DNA from: Candidatus Hydrogenedentota bacterium
GTDB lineage: Bacteria; Hydrogenedentota; Hydrogenedentia; Hydrogenedentales; SLHB01
Direction: 5' to 3'
Length of the DNA stretch: 64,000 nucleotides
NCBI GenBank assembly: GCA_963668025.2
Contig: CAXXTH010000017.1
Coordinates: 608,001-672,000, forward strand
Shown: in pieces, positions 48,521-58,478 of the stretch
Layout: each line of letters opens with the position of its first letter
Numbering within the stretch: the first letter of the stretch is position 1
Position numbers and translations under genes: made by a program
Notes under the pieces: generated by a model
What the model saw: only the letters and a program-made list of their open reading frames with translations
Databases searched by the model: none
What the model was told of the DNA's origin: nothing

Positions 48521-49819
48521 ATGGATAGCGTGGAGACTCGCGGCAAGCAAGCGGCCCAATACCTTTCGGCGATAAAAAAAACCAAACGCAGGGTGATCAC
48601 GCGGCGCGCCGTGATGTGGCTCGGGCAGACCTGCAATCTCCGCTGTTATTTCTGCTATTTCGTCAACCGTATCAGCGATTTCCGCCACCCCGAGCACCCA
48701 TTCATGTCGGTGGAAAAAGCAAAAGCCATCTGCAAGACCGTTCGCGAATATTATGGATGCAGCTCGATTGACATCCAAGGCGGCGAACCTACTATTCATC
48801 CCGATATACTCGAATTGATCACCTATTGCCGCGATATCGGCTTATACCCCACCTTGATCACTAACGGCCTGCGCCTCGCCCACCCTGGCGAACTGGAAAA
48901 ATATGTGGATGCGGGCGTGCGCGATTTCTTAGTCAGCCTCCACGGCATCGGCGCAGTGCATGACCAAGTCGTCGGCCGCCCTGATGCATACGAAGACATC
49001 ACGACCGCCATTGGGCGCATGCGCGAATTGGGCGTTCCATTCCGCTTCAACTGCACCATGTCGGAGCCGGTCGTGCCGCTGCTTCCGGAGATTGCCCAGA
49101 AGGCTATTGAATACGGCGCGCTTGGCGTGAACTATATCGCCTTCAATCCGTTCGGCGACCAGGAAACGGGACAGCGCACCTCCAAAAACGTGCCCCAGTA
49201 TGGCCAGATACAAGCGCCGCTCACGCAAGCCCTTGATATGCTTGAAGAAGCACACATCGAAGTGAACGTCCGCTATATTCCGCTGTGTATTGTCGAGCCG
49301 CGCCATCGGAAAAATGTCTACAATTACCAGCAATTGTCATATGACCTGCATGAATGGAATTATGCGAGCTGGCTTTGGACCATGATGCAGCCCCAAATGA
49401 TGCAGGAGGGCAAACTCGCACCGGTATTTCATGCAGGCGCTACCGGCAGCAAATATTACCGCTCGCTCCCCACGTATTGGCGCGATTACGCCGCCGCCCA
49501 TCCCATCGCGGCGCGGCTGCGCTTTGGGCTTCATAACATATTGGGCGCTCTAGACATGGCCATGCGGGGAAAAGACGCCATCTTCCGGGATGAGGCGCGA
49601 ATCCGCGCCGCGCAAGACTGTAAATACCGATATCACGAAGCGTGCGCCCGCTGCGCCGTGAAGAGCATCTGCGATGGTTTCCATGGCGATTACGCGGATC
49701 TGTTTGGCACCGAGGAAGCACGGCCCATGACGGATATGCAACCCGTCGATGATCCATGCTTTTTTATTCGCGAGCAAGAAAAGATCGTCGAACCAGAAGA
49801 GCAGGGCTGGGCGTTATAG
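48521..49819 (+). CDS. Radical SAM protein with C-terminal Cys cluster
   Basis: CNLRCYFC (CX3CX2C), QGGEPT, ITNG; tail C-x7-C-x2-C-x5-C. Confidence 0.92.
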   Translation: MDSVETRGKQAAQYLSAIKKTKRRVITRRAVMWLGQTCNLRCYFCYFVNRISDFRHPEHPFMSVEKAKAICKTVREYYGCSSIDIQGGEPTIHPDILELITYCRDIGLYPTLITNGLRLAHPGELEKYVDAGVRDFLVSLHGIGAVHDQVVGRPDAYEDITTAIGRMRELGVPFRFNCTMSEPVVPLLPEIAQKAIEYGALGVNYIAFNPFGDQETGQRTSKNVPQYGQIQAPLTQALDMLEEAHIEVNVRYIPLCIVEPRHRKNVYNYQQLSYDLHEWNYASWLWTMMQPQMMQEGKLAPVFHAGATGSKYYRSLPTYWRDYAAAHPIAARLRFGLHNILGALDMAMRGKDAIFRDEARIRAAQDCKYRYHEACARCAVKSICDGFHGDYADLFGTEEARPMTDMQPVDDPCFFIREQEKIVEPEEQGWAL

Positions 49820-49841
49820 CCTTTATTGAGACGAAAATACC

Positions 49842-50708
49842 CTATTCCATGATTATCATTTCTTCACAATACGGGAAATAGGGCCGTAATTTATTATAAT
49901 TGCGCTCGAATCGCAGTTTGGAATTGATTTGTTTCACCAATAGATCCGTTGAATGCTCATTGTATCTTTTACAGATAAATCTGGTATCTAGGCCGAGGAT
50001 TTTGCACGCTTCCAATGTAGGGCAAAAATTGATGGAATGAAAAACTATCTTGCCGCGCTCCCGAGTAGTGATGGGCGCCTCCTCTTCGACAATGCCAAAC
50101 CGGCATAACAATAGCTTGTAGGCGCTTTCCACTGGCTCTTTATCAAGAAATGAAAATGATTCTTTGTTTTCTTTAAACCACGCGAGGCGGCGCTGGACAG
50201 AGTCTTCGTTGAACGCGGCCAGCTTTTCTTCGGTGATATGGCGCAATCGCTTTATTTCATCCCGGACACTCTTTAAGTAGAGTACTTCACATTCCTTATG
50301 CAATATATCTGGATAGATGGCGACTGTCTTGCCAGCCCTGTCAAATATCTCGCTACAGGATATACAAATCCGGTTTCTTCCTTGTTTGCGTGATTGCTCT
50401 ATTGAATATCCATATGCGACTTCCGTAATCCCTGCCCATACAATCGCGGAAGAACACATCGGACAGGGTTCATGTGTGGATACCATCACGCATCCAGTAA
50501 GGTCTTTCCCGATTTCTTTTGAAGCCCGCTTTATTGCATTGATTTCCGCATGGGATGTGGGATCGTTCGCCGTTTCTTCCTCATCATGAGCCTGAGACAA
50601 AATCTGGCCATTCTTGATGATTACTGCACCAAATCCATGATTTCCTTCCCGCAGGCTTAACCGAGCCTCCGTAAGTGCTGTGTTCATGCCGATTTCATGC
50701 AGGTTCAC
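49842..50708 (-). CDS. Zn-dependent nucleoside/nucleotide deaminase (TadA/GuaD-like) fused to a Cys-rich C-terminal domain
   Basis: FGAVI, HAEINAI, EPCPMC; extra ~140 aa with FCPTLEAC..IC..YCEE; visibly lower GC than its neighbours. Confidence 0.85.
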   Translation of the reverse strand: MNLHEIGMNTALTEARLSLREGNHGFGAVIIKNGQILSQAHDEEETANDPTSHAEINAIKRASKEIGKDLTGCVMVSTHEPCPMCSSAIVWAGITEVAYGYSIEQSRKQGRNRICISCSEIFDRAGKTVAIYPDILHKECEVLYLKSVRDEIKRLRHITEEKLAAFNEDSVQRRLAWFKENKESFSFLDKEPVESAYKLLLCRFGIVEEEAPITTRERGKIVFHSINFCPTLEACKILGLDTRFICKRYNEHSTDLLVKQINSKLRFERNYNKLRPYFPYCEEMIIME

Positions 50709-50829
50709 TGTCCCCCCCCAAAAAGCATCTTTGGTGATGAAACCCGTAGGACATTACGACTTAGCCGCGCGGCTTTATGCGCCGACTGTATTCAACGAGG
50801 AAAGAGCCGATAAAGGCCGTTCACCGCCT

Positions 50830-52737
50830 TTATTCTTCGCGAATCCAGACCTGCATTTCGCCCGGTTTCCGGTTGTCCCATAAGGCATAGGGAATAGCCA
50901 CGACATGGCAGGGCCGCCGGAGAGGCTCACTCGATGTATACAGCCCTTCTTTCCAGCCTTTCTCGGGAATCTCCCATCCTTCCGTCTTCAAGGCGACAAT
51001 GCCACCCAAAATCCGCTTCTGCATCGTGCGAATCGGAGCGGAACGCGGCAGCACGATGCGGTCCAAATTCGCGCCATTATCCGCTTCTTCCAGACAATAC
51101 ACGATCGGCCCGCGCTGGAGGGCGATGCGTCCCATATCATGACGCACCCGAGGATGGGCGCGCATCCGTTCCACCGGCATGGGCAGCTCAAGCTCCAAGA
51201 CATCTCGTTTGTTCCAAGTCCGGGTGATATGCGCATATCCATTTTTCATGAGGTCCGCAAGTGCTTCCGTCCGGCCATTGACCTTGACCGAAGCATTACG
51301 GCACCATCCCGGAATGCGCAACGCCAGCGTAAATGCGCAGGTCGCATCAGGTTCCACCGAGACTCGAATACGTCCATCCCAAGGATACTGGGTGCGCTGT
51401 TTCACGACGACCGGCACGCCTTCCATATCGAAGCGCGCCTCGCTCTGTCCATATAAATGGATGAAGCAAGCGCCCGGGCGCACGCCATAGAAATATTGCC
51501 CAAGAGACGCCAGCAGCCTTGCCACATTGGGCGGACAACATGCGCATCCAAACCATTCCTGGCGCGACACGGTCCCGAATTCGCCTCCGTGCCGTTCTTC
51601 ATTCGGCCGGACCGCCAGCGGATTGACATAAAAAAATCGTTTGCCGTCCAGCGACACCCCGCTCAACACGCCGTTGTATAGCGCCCGTTCCATGGCGTCG
51701 CCATATTTTCCTTGCGGGTCGATGGCAAGCATGCGGTGTGCAAAAAACACCAAGGCAATGGACGCGCATGTTTCGGCATATGCCGCCTCGTTGGGCAGAT
51801 GGTAGTCGGACGTGAAACCTTCATTTGACGCGGTGGAGCCGATGCCCCCGGTGATATACATGCGCCGCTCGGTGAGGCTGGTCCAAAGCCGGCGGCATGC
51901 ATCCAACAGGGTGGAATCTCCTGTCTCCGCCGCCACATCGGCCATGCCGGAATACAGGTACAAGGCGCGAACGGCGTGCCCAACAGCTTCCCGCTGCTCC
52001 CGCACCGGTTGATGGGCCTGGAAATATTCTTCGGAAAACGGAAGTGATTCACCGCGTTCAAGGGCTTCTTGAATAAAATAATGCGGCTCCACCCCCCGTT
52101 CATCAATAAAATACGCGGCCAAATCCAAATATTGCCGTTCGCCTGTGGCGCGGTAGAGCTTGACCAAGGCCAGCTCGATCTCCTCATGGCCCGGATATCC
52201 CCGGCGCTGGCCTACACCCCGGCCAAAAGTGCCTGCGATGTGCTGGGCATACCGGCGCATGACATCCAGGAAACGTTTTTTACCCGTTGCGCTGGCATAT
52301 GCCACGGCCGCTTCGATTAAATGGCCCGCGCAATAGAGCTCATGCATCAGGGCTAGATTGGTCCAGCGCTTTCCAGGCTCAACCAGTTGGTAGTAAGAAT
52401 TCAGATAGCCATCATCGAGCTGGGCCTTCTCCATGCGCGTGACCGCGCGGTCGATCTCCCGCTCGAGTTCAGGATTGGGATGGGTGGCAAGGCTATAAGC
52501 CGCCGCTTCGATCCATTTGGCCAGGTCGGAATCCCAGAATGGATGCGGCGTGTTGGGCATGCCTGGCCGCCATTCCATTTTCCACACATCGAGCCGGCCG
52601 GTGTCCCGCAGATTCTTCAATTCCACTGGCAGCGTAACTTCCCGATTGGTGGCGGCACGGGCGGACCAGAACGAATCGGACAAGGTGACGGCTTGATAGG
52701 GAATGGGCGTCAGAGGTTCAGCCTTTGCGGCATGCAT
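50830..52737 (-). CDS. GH127 beta-L-arabinofuranosidase (HypBA1-like)
   Basis: DSDLAKWIEA, HELYCAGH, GHEEIELAL, GHAVRA, YAETCA, CACCPPN, RGPIVYCLE. Confidence 0.93.
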   Translation of the reverse strand: MHAAKAEPLTPIPYQAVTLSDSFWSARAATNREVTLPVELKNLRDTGRLDVWKMEWRPGMPNTPHPFWDSDLAKWIEAAAYSLATHPNPELEREIDRAVTRMEKAQLDDGYLNSYYQLVEPGKRWTNLALMHELYCAGHLIEAAVAYASATGKKRFLDVMRRYAQHIAGTFGRGVGQRRGYPGHEEIELALVKLYRATGERQYLDLAAYFIDERGVEPHYFIQEALERGESLPFSEEYFQAHQPVREQREAVGHAVRALYLYSGMADVAAETGDSTLLDACRRLWTSLTERRMYITGGIGSTASNEGFTSDYHLPNEAAYAETCASIALVFFAHRMLAIDPQGKYGDAMERALYNGVLSGVSLDGKRFFYVNPLAVRPNEERHGGEFGTVSRQEWFGCACCPPNVARLLASLGQYFYGVRPGACFIHLYGQSEARFDMEGVPVVVKQRTQYPWDGRIRVSVEPDATCAFTLALRIPGWCRNASVKVNGRTEALADLMKNGYAHITRTWNKRDVLELELPMPVERMRAHPRVRHDMGRIALQRGPIVYCLEEADNGANLDRIVLPRSAPIRTMQKRILGGIVALKTEGWEIPEKGWKEGLYTSSEPLRRPCHVVAIPYALWDNRKPGEMQVWIREE

Positions 52738-52823
52738 GGGCGGGTGCTCCTTATTATGGGAGAGTCTTATGTAAGCTTTTAGGAAAATTCGTCAAAAAGA
52801 CGGGAAACACCGCGACAGCGCCC

Positions 52824-54002
52824 TTAACCTACCGCTTGAGCCGTATCCTCGACAGCCGAACACCCCGCGAATTGCGATGAGGCGCGGCGGAGGGCTGGCT
52901 TTCGTTTATCAAATAAACTGCGCCATTTCTCGCTCTGTGCATAAGCCATCAATCTGCGAAAATATTCAGGGTTCATATCGGGGAACGCATGAGCGCCTCG
53001 AAGCGCCTTATCCGTATTGGTGCGGTCAAAACTGGGCTCGAGGCCCATATAAGGCCGGTAATTGCTGAAACTCGATGCGATCAATCCCTCGAGTGAGGTG
53101 AGTTCTCCTTCGATTTCAGATACCAGCTCGATCCGCTGGCTTTTTTCACTCAACAGCACATTGGACCACATTTCCATCTCATAATGGGTCATCGGGTTGG
53201 AATTCGTGAGATGGTACGCAAGGCCGGTCGGGCCTTCAAGCTCGATAATGTGCCACATGGCCTGAACCGCCCAGTCCACGGGGATGAGGTTTTTGGTGCC
53301 GCGTATATCGGCCTCGACTCGGATGAGGCATTCCTGATTCGTGCGCCGTTGCGAAAGAAGGTCTATCATGCGCATCACGTTGTAAAAATTCATGAACTGG
53401 AGAATGCGTCCATCCGTCGACGAGCCCATAATAATGCTTGGGCGGAAAATACACCCGGTGGCGCGCCCTTCCTTGAAGGCGCGGCGGACCATTTTCTCCG
53501 ACTCAAATTTGCTTCGTTCATATGCGTTATTGAATTCTTGGCCTTCATCCAATTCCGTCTCATGCGCCACGCCCACGCGCTTGCCCGCCACATAGGCCGT
53601 GCTTACATGATAGAGCGGTATGCTTGTGCCTTGAATGAACTCAAGAATATGCGCCACGCCGTCTACATTCGTGGCCCAAATCTCATCATCTTGGCTGGGA
53701 TTAAAGCTCGTGCATGCCGCGCAATGAACAAACGCGCCTATACATTCCCGCAACTCCGCTTCTTCCCGAGGAGCAAGCCCTAAATGGGGATGGCGCGCGT
53801 CACCCAGTACGATGCGAATGCGCTCCATGTCGTCTGGCCTGCCCAAATGCTCGAGCACCGTCTCGATGCGCGCCGCCGCTCGGGCATGGTCCGGATCCCG
53901 CAACAACACGACGGGCGAGAAACCCCGAGCAAGAGCTTCGCCCAACACCCAACTTCCCATGATCCCTGTGGCCCCGGTCAGCAGCACATTCCGGTTGCGC
54001 AT
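52824..54002 (-). CDS. Extended SDR, thioester-reductase/male-sterility type
   Basis: LLTGATGIMGS, HCAA, HVSTAYVAG, YERSK, FRPSII; GAGAGGA RBS before ATG 54002. Confidence 0.87.
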   Translation of the reverse strand: MRNRNVLLTGATGIMGSWVLGEALARGFSPVVLLRDPDHARAAARIETVLEHLGRPDDMERIRIVLGDARHPHLGLAPREEAELRECIGAFVHCAACTSFNPSQDDEIWATNVDGVAHILEFIQGTSIPLYHVSTAYVAGKRVGVAHETELDEGQEFNNAYERSKFESEKMVRRAFKEGRATGCIFRPSIIMGSSTDGRILQFMNFYNVMRMIDLLSQRRTNQECLIRVEADIRGTKNLIPVDWAVQAMWHIIELEGPTGLAYHLTNSNPMTHYEMEMWSNVLLSEKSQRIELVSEIEGELTSLEGLIASSFSNYRPYMGLEPSFDRTNTDKALRGAHAFPDMNPEYFRRLMAYAQSEKWRSLFDKRKPALRRASSQFAGCSAVEDTAQAVG

Positions 54003-54354
54003 CAGTTTCCTCTCTAGGAGTAATCCACGATCTTTATGAGACACACTACCTCCCGGCTCAGGAATCCGAAAACCCCTAGTACGGCGGGCATGAAGGGCAT
54101 TCAGCCACCCAGTAATGAACCTATCCACTAAGCGGATAGGCAGTTAGAGGGTTGCATTATGCCCGTTTGGCCTCATAAAAGTCAATGAGTGATTTATATG
54201 TTCCAAATACTAACAAAATAATCACGCCCATACAAAACCTCTCGCGCGGCGCGATACAATTGTATATACTACAGACTAAAGCCAAGCTTGTCACGTATCC
54301 TGGAAGAATGAAGCAAACCAGAAGCCCGCACGCGGCATCAAGGAGAAGGACCGG

Positions 54355-54723
54355 TTGGCTCGCATTCTTATAGTGGACGACGACGAACAAGTTCGTAACG
54401 TCTTTCACCGATTATTCGAAAATGAATCCTTCGAGGTCCATGAAGCCGCCGACGGCAACGAAGCCCTGGAAAGTATCCGGAGGTTTCCAGCCGATATCGT
54501 CATCACTGATATCGTCATGCCGGAAAAAGAAGGCTTTCAAACTATTCGTGAATTGCGCAGGGAATTCCCAGCGCTGAAGATCATCGCCGTTTCAGGAGGC
54601 GGGCTGCTCGATCCCGGCCTCTATCTGGAATGCGCCAAACAAATCGGGGCAAGCTACGCATTTTCCAAACCAGTTGACCGGAATGTCTTGTTGGACGCCG
54701 TACGTAAACTTCTAGAGACATAA
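54355..54723 (+). CDS. Single-domain response regulator
   Basis: ILIVDDD, TDIVMP, SGGG, SKP; TTG start with AGGA RBS. Confidence 0.93.
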   Translation: MARILIVDDDEQVRNVFHRLFENESFEVHEAADGNEALESIRRFPADIVITDIVMPEKEGFQTIRELRREFPALKIIAVSGGGLLDPGLYLECAKQIGASYAFSKPVDRNVLLDAVRKLLET

Positions 54724-54733
54724 GGGGGAACCA

Positions 54734-55222
54734 ATGCCCAGGCGGAATGCCTGCCAACTAGGCGTATGGGCCATGCTCTGCGCCCTGCTCGCAATCGCTT
54801 TATCTGGATGCCTGACTCGCTCCTCGCATGCCACGGCTCCGCCAAGCATTTGGCCGTTGCCGGCATCGTACCGGGAGGTCACGAGCGAGTTTGGCCGCCG
54901 GGCGAATGGCCACTTCCATAAAGCCATTGACATCCGCGCCCCGAAAAAAACTCCCGTTTGCGCCACCGCCCCCGGCGTCGTGATTAGCGCGGAACGGAAC
55001 GGCGATTACGGCAAAGTCGTACGCATTGACCACCAAAACGGATACGAAACCTGGTATGCCCATCTAAACCGCATCAAGACAAAACCGGGACGGTACGTAA
55101 AAAAGGGGAAAGTCATTGGCAAGGTCGGAAAAACAGGAAACGCCACGGGCTATCATTTGCATTATGAGGTGCGCAAGAATGGGCAGCCGATCGATCCTCG
55201 AACCGTGCTTCCCCGCCAATAG
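54734..55222 (+). CDS. M23 peptidase lipoprotein
   Basis: Lipobox LSGC; HKAID, YAHL, TGYHLHYE. Confidence 0.92.
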   Translation: MPRRNACQLGVWAMLCALLAIALSGCLTRSSHATAPPSIWPLPASYREVTSEFGRRANGHFHKAIDIRAPKKTPVCATAPGVVISAERNGDYGKVVRIDHQNGYETWYAHLNRIKTKPGRYVKKGKVIGKVGKTGNATGYHLHYEVRKNGQPIDPRTVLPRQ

Positions 55223-55264
55223 AACCGATCTGACTGATCGGACATATTGGACCGATCATACAAA

Positions 55265-55292
55265 AATAAGCGCCTTATAGAGCGCTTAGTTT
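55265..55292. terminator. Bidirectional terminator-like hairpin
   Basis: TAAGCGC-CTTATAGA-GCGCTTA flanked by A- and T-tracts between convergent genes. Confidence 0.55.
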
Positions 55293-55312
55293 ATTTATTT
55301 AGGTTTCTTGGC

Positions 55313-56731
55313 TTATGCCAGGTGGCTCGCCACAATGGCGAGGCCGCTCGCCACACTGGTAAAGGTGTCCCGATGGATTAAGCGCTCCCAGCCGAACCGT
55401 TCCGCAAGCATATGGCGTACAGCGGGGATCAAGCTGGTGCCACCCGTCGTCAGCACATAGTCGAGTTCATCCGGCTGCACGCCTGCGGCTCGTTCGGCTT
55501 CTTTGACGCTGTCAAGCATGTATTCAAGAGCCGCTTCGATGATATGGCCGAATTCCTCGCGATTAATCATCACGCCGATCTGCATGGCGTCGCCATGCCT
55601 AAGCTCGATAGGAGCCTCTTGCTCTTCGGATAACCGCCGCTTGGCATACTCGACCCGGCGCACCAGCGGATATCCATAATTCCTCTGGATAAGGGTCCGC
55701 AACGCGCGGATCGCCTCCGGACTCGGACAGCTTGCCTCCACGGCGATCAGCCAATTCACAATCTCTTCCGTGTTGAGCTTGTACATGCTTTGCCAATCGA
55801 GAATATTATTATAAATGAACTGCGGCATGGGCAAGTTCGATGGGCCATAACGCGTCCGGCTGCCTAGGCAGGGGAATATCTTGGCGCGCATGATTTCCCT
55901 GTCCAGCACATCGCCTGCGATGGGAACGCCCGCGACACCCAGAATGCGGCTCTCGGCAAGCCGTTCCGCGACATCCTGTGCGCCGCCAAATTCCATGATG
56001 CACACATCACAGGTGCCGCCGCCGATATCCACCACCATCAGCCGCTGCCGCTTCAAGGTGGCTACGGCATACTCCACGCAAGCAGCCACCGGTTCATAAA
56101 AGAATGCCACCTGCTTGAATCCGGCCAGATAGGCCGCCCGCTGCAAACGTTCCTCGGCAAGCGCTCCTCCGTCGTCATCGCCGCTGAACCGCACCGGCCG
56201 CCCAAATACCGCCGTCTGCACATCTTCTTGCGCTTCCGCATCCACCGCCGCTTTTATCGGTTGCAAGATATGCGCCACCAATTCCTCAATCTGGAAATGC
56301 GTCCCGAAAACTTCTGTTCCCTTGAACGAACGGTTGCCCAGCGAACTCTTGATGGACTGGAAGAGGCGTCCTGGCGAATTCACCTCGATTATGGCCCGCG
56401 CCCGCACCGCCTCCCGGACGCCTTCGCCTTCCGAGGGGGGGCGGTAGCCATCTTCTTTATCCGGTTCGGAGGCGACGTATCCCTCGATATCAATCCCGAG
56501 GTCCACTTGTTTCAGGATGACTTCCCGGTCCACATTGCGTTCGATGAACGCATTGGCTGCACCGCGCCCGACAATATGCTCCCCATCCCGCGATATATAC
56601 AACAACGAGGGAAGAGAACGCGGATTATCATTCAAGGCGTCCAGTTCGAGCACCCGCACTCCGGAAGCGTCCTGAACCGCCGCGCTCGAGTTGGTCGTCC
56701 CAAAATCTATGCCACAATTTAAAACAGCCAC
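55313..56731 (-). CDS. Hsp70-family ATPase lacking a substrate-binding domain (YegD-like)
   Basis: GIDFGTTNS, GRPVRF, EPVAA, VDIGGGTCD, TGGTSLIP, FTSVASGL. Confidence 0.9.
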   Translation of the reverse strand: MAVLNCGIDFGTTNSSAAVQDASGVRVLELDALNDNPRSLPSLLYISRDGEHIVGRGAANAFIERNVDREVILKQVDLGIDIEGYVASEPDKEDGYRPPSEGEGVREAVRARAIIEVNSPGRLFQSIKSSLGNRSFKGTEVFGTHFQIEELVAHILQPIKAAVDAEAQEDVQTAVFGRPVRFSGDDDGGALAEERLQRAAYLAGFKQVAFFYEPVAACVEYAVATLKRQRLMVVDIGGGTCDVCIMEFGGAQDVAERLAESRILGVAGVPIAGDVLDREIMRAKIFPCLGSRTRYGPSNLPMPQFIYNNILDWQSMYKLNTEEIVNWLIAVEASCPSPEAIRALRTLIQRNYGYPLVRRVEYAKRRLSEEQEAPIELRHGDAMQIGVMINREEFGHIIEAALEYMLDSVKEAERAAGVQPDELDYVLTTGGTSLIPAVRHMLAERFGWERLIHRDTFTSVASGLAIVASHLA

Positions 56732-56947
56732 GTGTACGCTACCATATCTTGAACGCCAAAAAGCGGCCACGCAGCCGCTTCAGAAACAACACTCATTTTA
56801 CATTGCGTGCCATCAGGAGCCAACGCGGCGCCCGAACCCCGTATCAATATACGATCCACCCTGCCTAATGCAACAGTGTATACCAACCCCTTGCCAAACT
56901 TCATTCGTAAGCATACACTACTCAAGGCTTAAATGGGAGAACGCCCT

Positions 56948-58417
56948 ATGCTCGAAACCATCGATCTGAACGTTTCGCTTCCCAAAGAGGAAACCCGGAA
57001 GACCCTCGAAGAGTTAGACATCCGGCTGGGGCTGCTGCAACGCGAACTGCGCGACAAGGGCATTCCATCCATCATTATTATGGAAGGATGGGACGCCGCA
57101 GGCAAGGGCACCGCCATCAATCGCTTTTTGCGCCCATTGGATCCCCGTGGATTCCAAGTGCATGCCACACGCTCCCCTACGGCCGAAGAGGCCTATCATC
57201 CCCCCATGTGGCGGTTTTGGCAGCGCTTGCCCAAACAAGGCGCCATTGCCGTGTTTGATAAAAGCTGGTATGTCCACGTACTCGAAGACCGGGTCGAAGA
57301 AAACAAATCCACGGATGAGTGGAAGCTGGCCTATGAGCGCATCCGCACCTTCGAACGCCAGCTCGTGGATGACGGAGCCGTCATCCTGAAGTTCTGGATG
57401 CACATCAGTAAAAAGGAACAGGCCAAGCGCTTCCAGGAACTCGAGAATGACAACGCCCTATCCTGGCGGGTCACGAAGGAAGACCGGCGCCGCCATAAAA
57501 AATACAACGAATACTACCAAGCCGTCGAGGATATGCTGGTCGAGACTTCCACCGCCAACGCGCCATGGACGGTTATTCCCGCCCATGATCGCCGGTACGC
57601 GCATGTCCGCATCGCGGAGACCATTGCCGCCGCCTTCGAGCAGGCCTTGGCGCGGCCCGCGCCCTTGCCCGCGCCTGCGGCCAAAATCCCCAAGCGCCGG
57701 GTCAGCCCCCTCGATCGCGCCGACCTCACTCGGTCCATTGCCCGGGAAGAATATGACAAAACAATCCCCAGCCTTCAAGATGAGATGCGCCAGCTCGAGC
57801 ATCTTCTCTATGGGCAGCGCGTTCCCGCCATCATTCTGTACGAAGGATGGGACGCCTCCGGGAAGGGCGGGAATATTAAGCGGCTCACCCGCGAGCTCGA
57901 CCCCCGGGGATACGAGGTCGTTCCAGTCGCCGCTCCGGCGGGCGATGAAAAGGTTCACCACTATCTGTGGCGATTCTGGAAGGCCATTCCCAAGGCGGGG
58001 CACATCGCCATCTTTGACCGAAGCTGGTATGGCCGGGTATTGGTCGAGCGCGTGGAAGGTTTCGCGACTCCTCAAGAGTGGCAGCGCGCCTACCGGGAGA
58101 TCAATGAGTTCGAGCAAGAGCTGGTCTCCTACGGAACCGTCTTAGTGAAATTCTGGATTCACATCTCTCCCGAGGAGCAACTGGCCCGCTTCAACGAGCG
58201 CCAAAACACACCCTATAAGCAATGGAAAATCACGGATGAGGATTGGCGAAACCGGGAAAAATGGGGAGCCTATTGGGACGCGGTTTCCGAGATGATCGAG
58301 AAGACTTCCACCACGTTCGCTCCATGGACCATTATCGAGGGGAACGATAAACTCTACGCCCGCATCAAAACTCACCGCGCCGTCATCGAAGCCTTATCTA
58401 GCCGCTTGAAAAAATAA
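56948..58417 (+). CDS. pap: Two-domain polyphosphate kinase 2 (polyphosphate:AMP phosphotransferase)
   Basis: Two PPK2 domains: EGWDAAGKG..FDKSWY and EGWDASGKG..FDRSWY; KITDEDWRNR. Confidence 0.93.
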   Translation: MLETIDLNVSLPKEETRKTLEELDIRLGLLQRELRDKGIPSIIIMEGWDAAGKGTAINRFLRPLDPRGFQVHATRSPTAEEAYHPPMWRFWQRLPKQGAIAVFDKSWYVHVLEDRVEENKSTDEWKLAYERIRTFERQLVDDGAVILKFWMHISKKEQAKRFQELENDNALSWRVTKEDRRRHKKYNEYYQAVEDMLVETSTANAPWTVIPAHDRRYAHVRIAETIAAAFEQALARPAPLPAPAAKIPKRRVSPLDRADLTRSIAREEYDKTIPSLQDEMRQLEHLLYGQRVPAIILYEGWDASGKGGNIKRLTRELDPRGYEVVPVAAPAGDEKVHHYLWRFWKAIPKAGHIAIFDRSWYGRVLVERVEGFATPQEWQRAYREINEFEQELVSYGTVLVKFWIHISPEEQLARFNERQNTPYKQWKITDEDWRNREKWGAYWDAVSEMIEKTSTTFAPWTIIEGNDKLYARIKTHRAVIEALSSRLKK

Positions 58418-58449
58418 AGCCAAGATAAAGCCACCTCCAAAGCCGGATC

Positions 58450-58478
58450 CACAGCGCTCTTATTCAAGAGCGCTGTGT
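58450..58478 (+). terminator. Hairpin after the PPK2 gene
   Basis: CACAGCGCTCTT-ATTC-AAGAGCGCTGTG. Confidence 0.65.
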
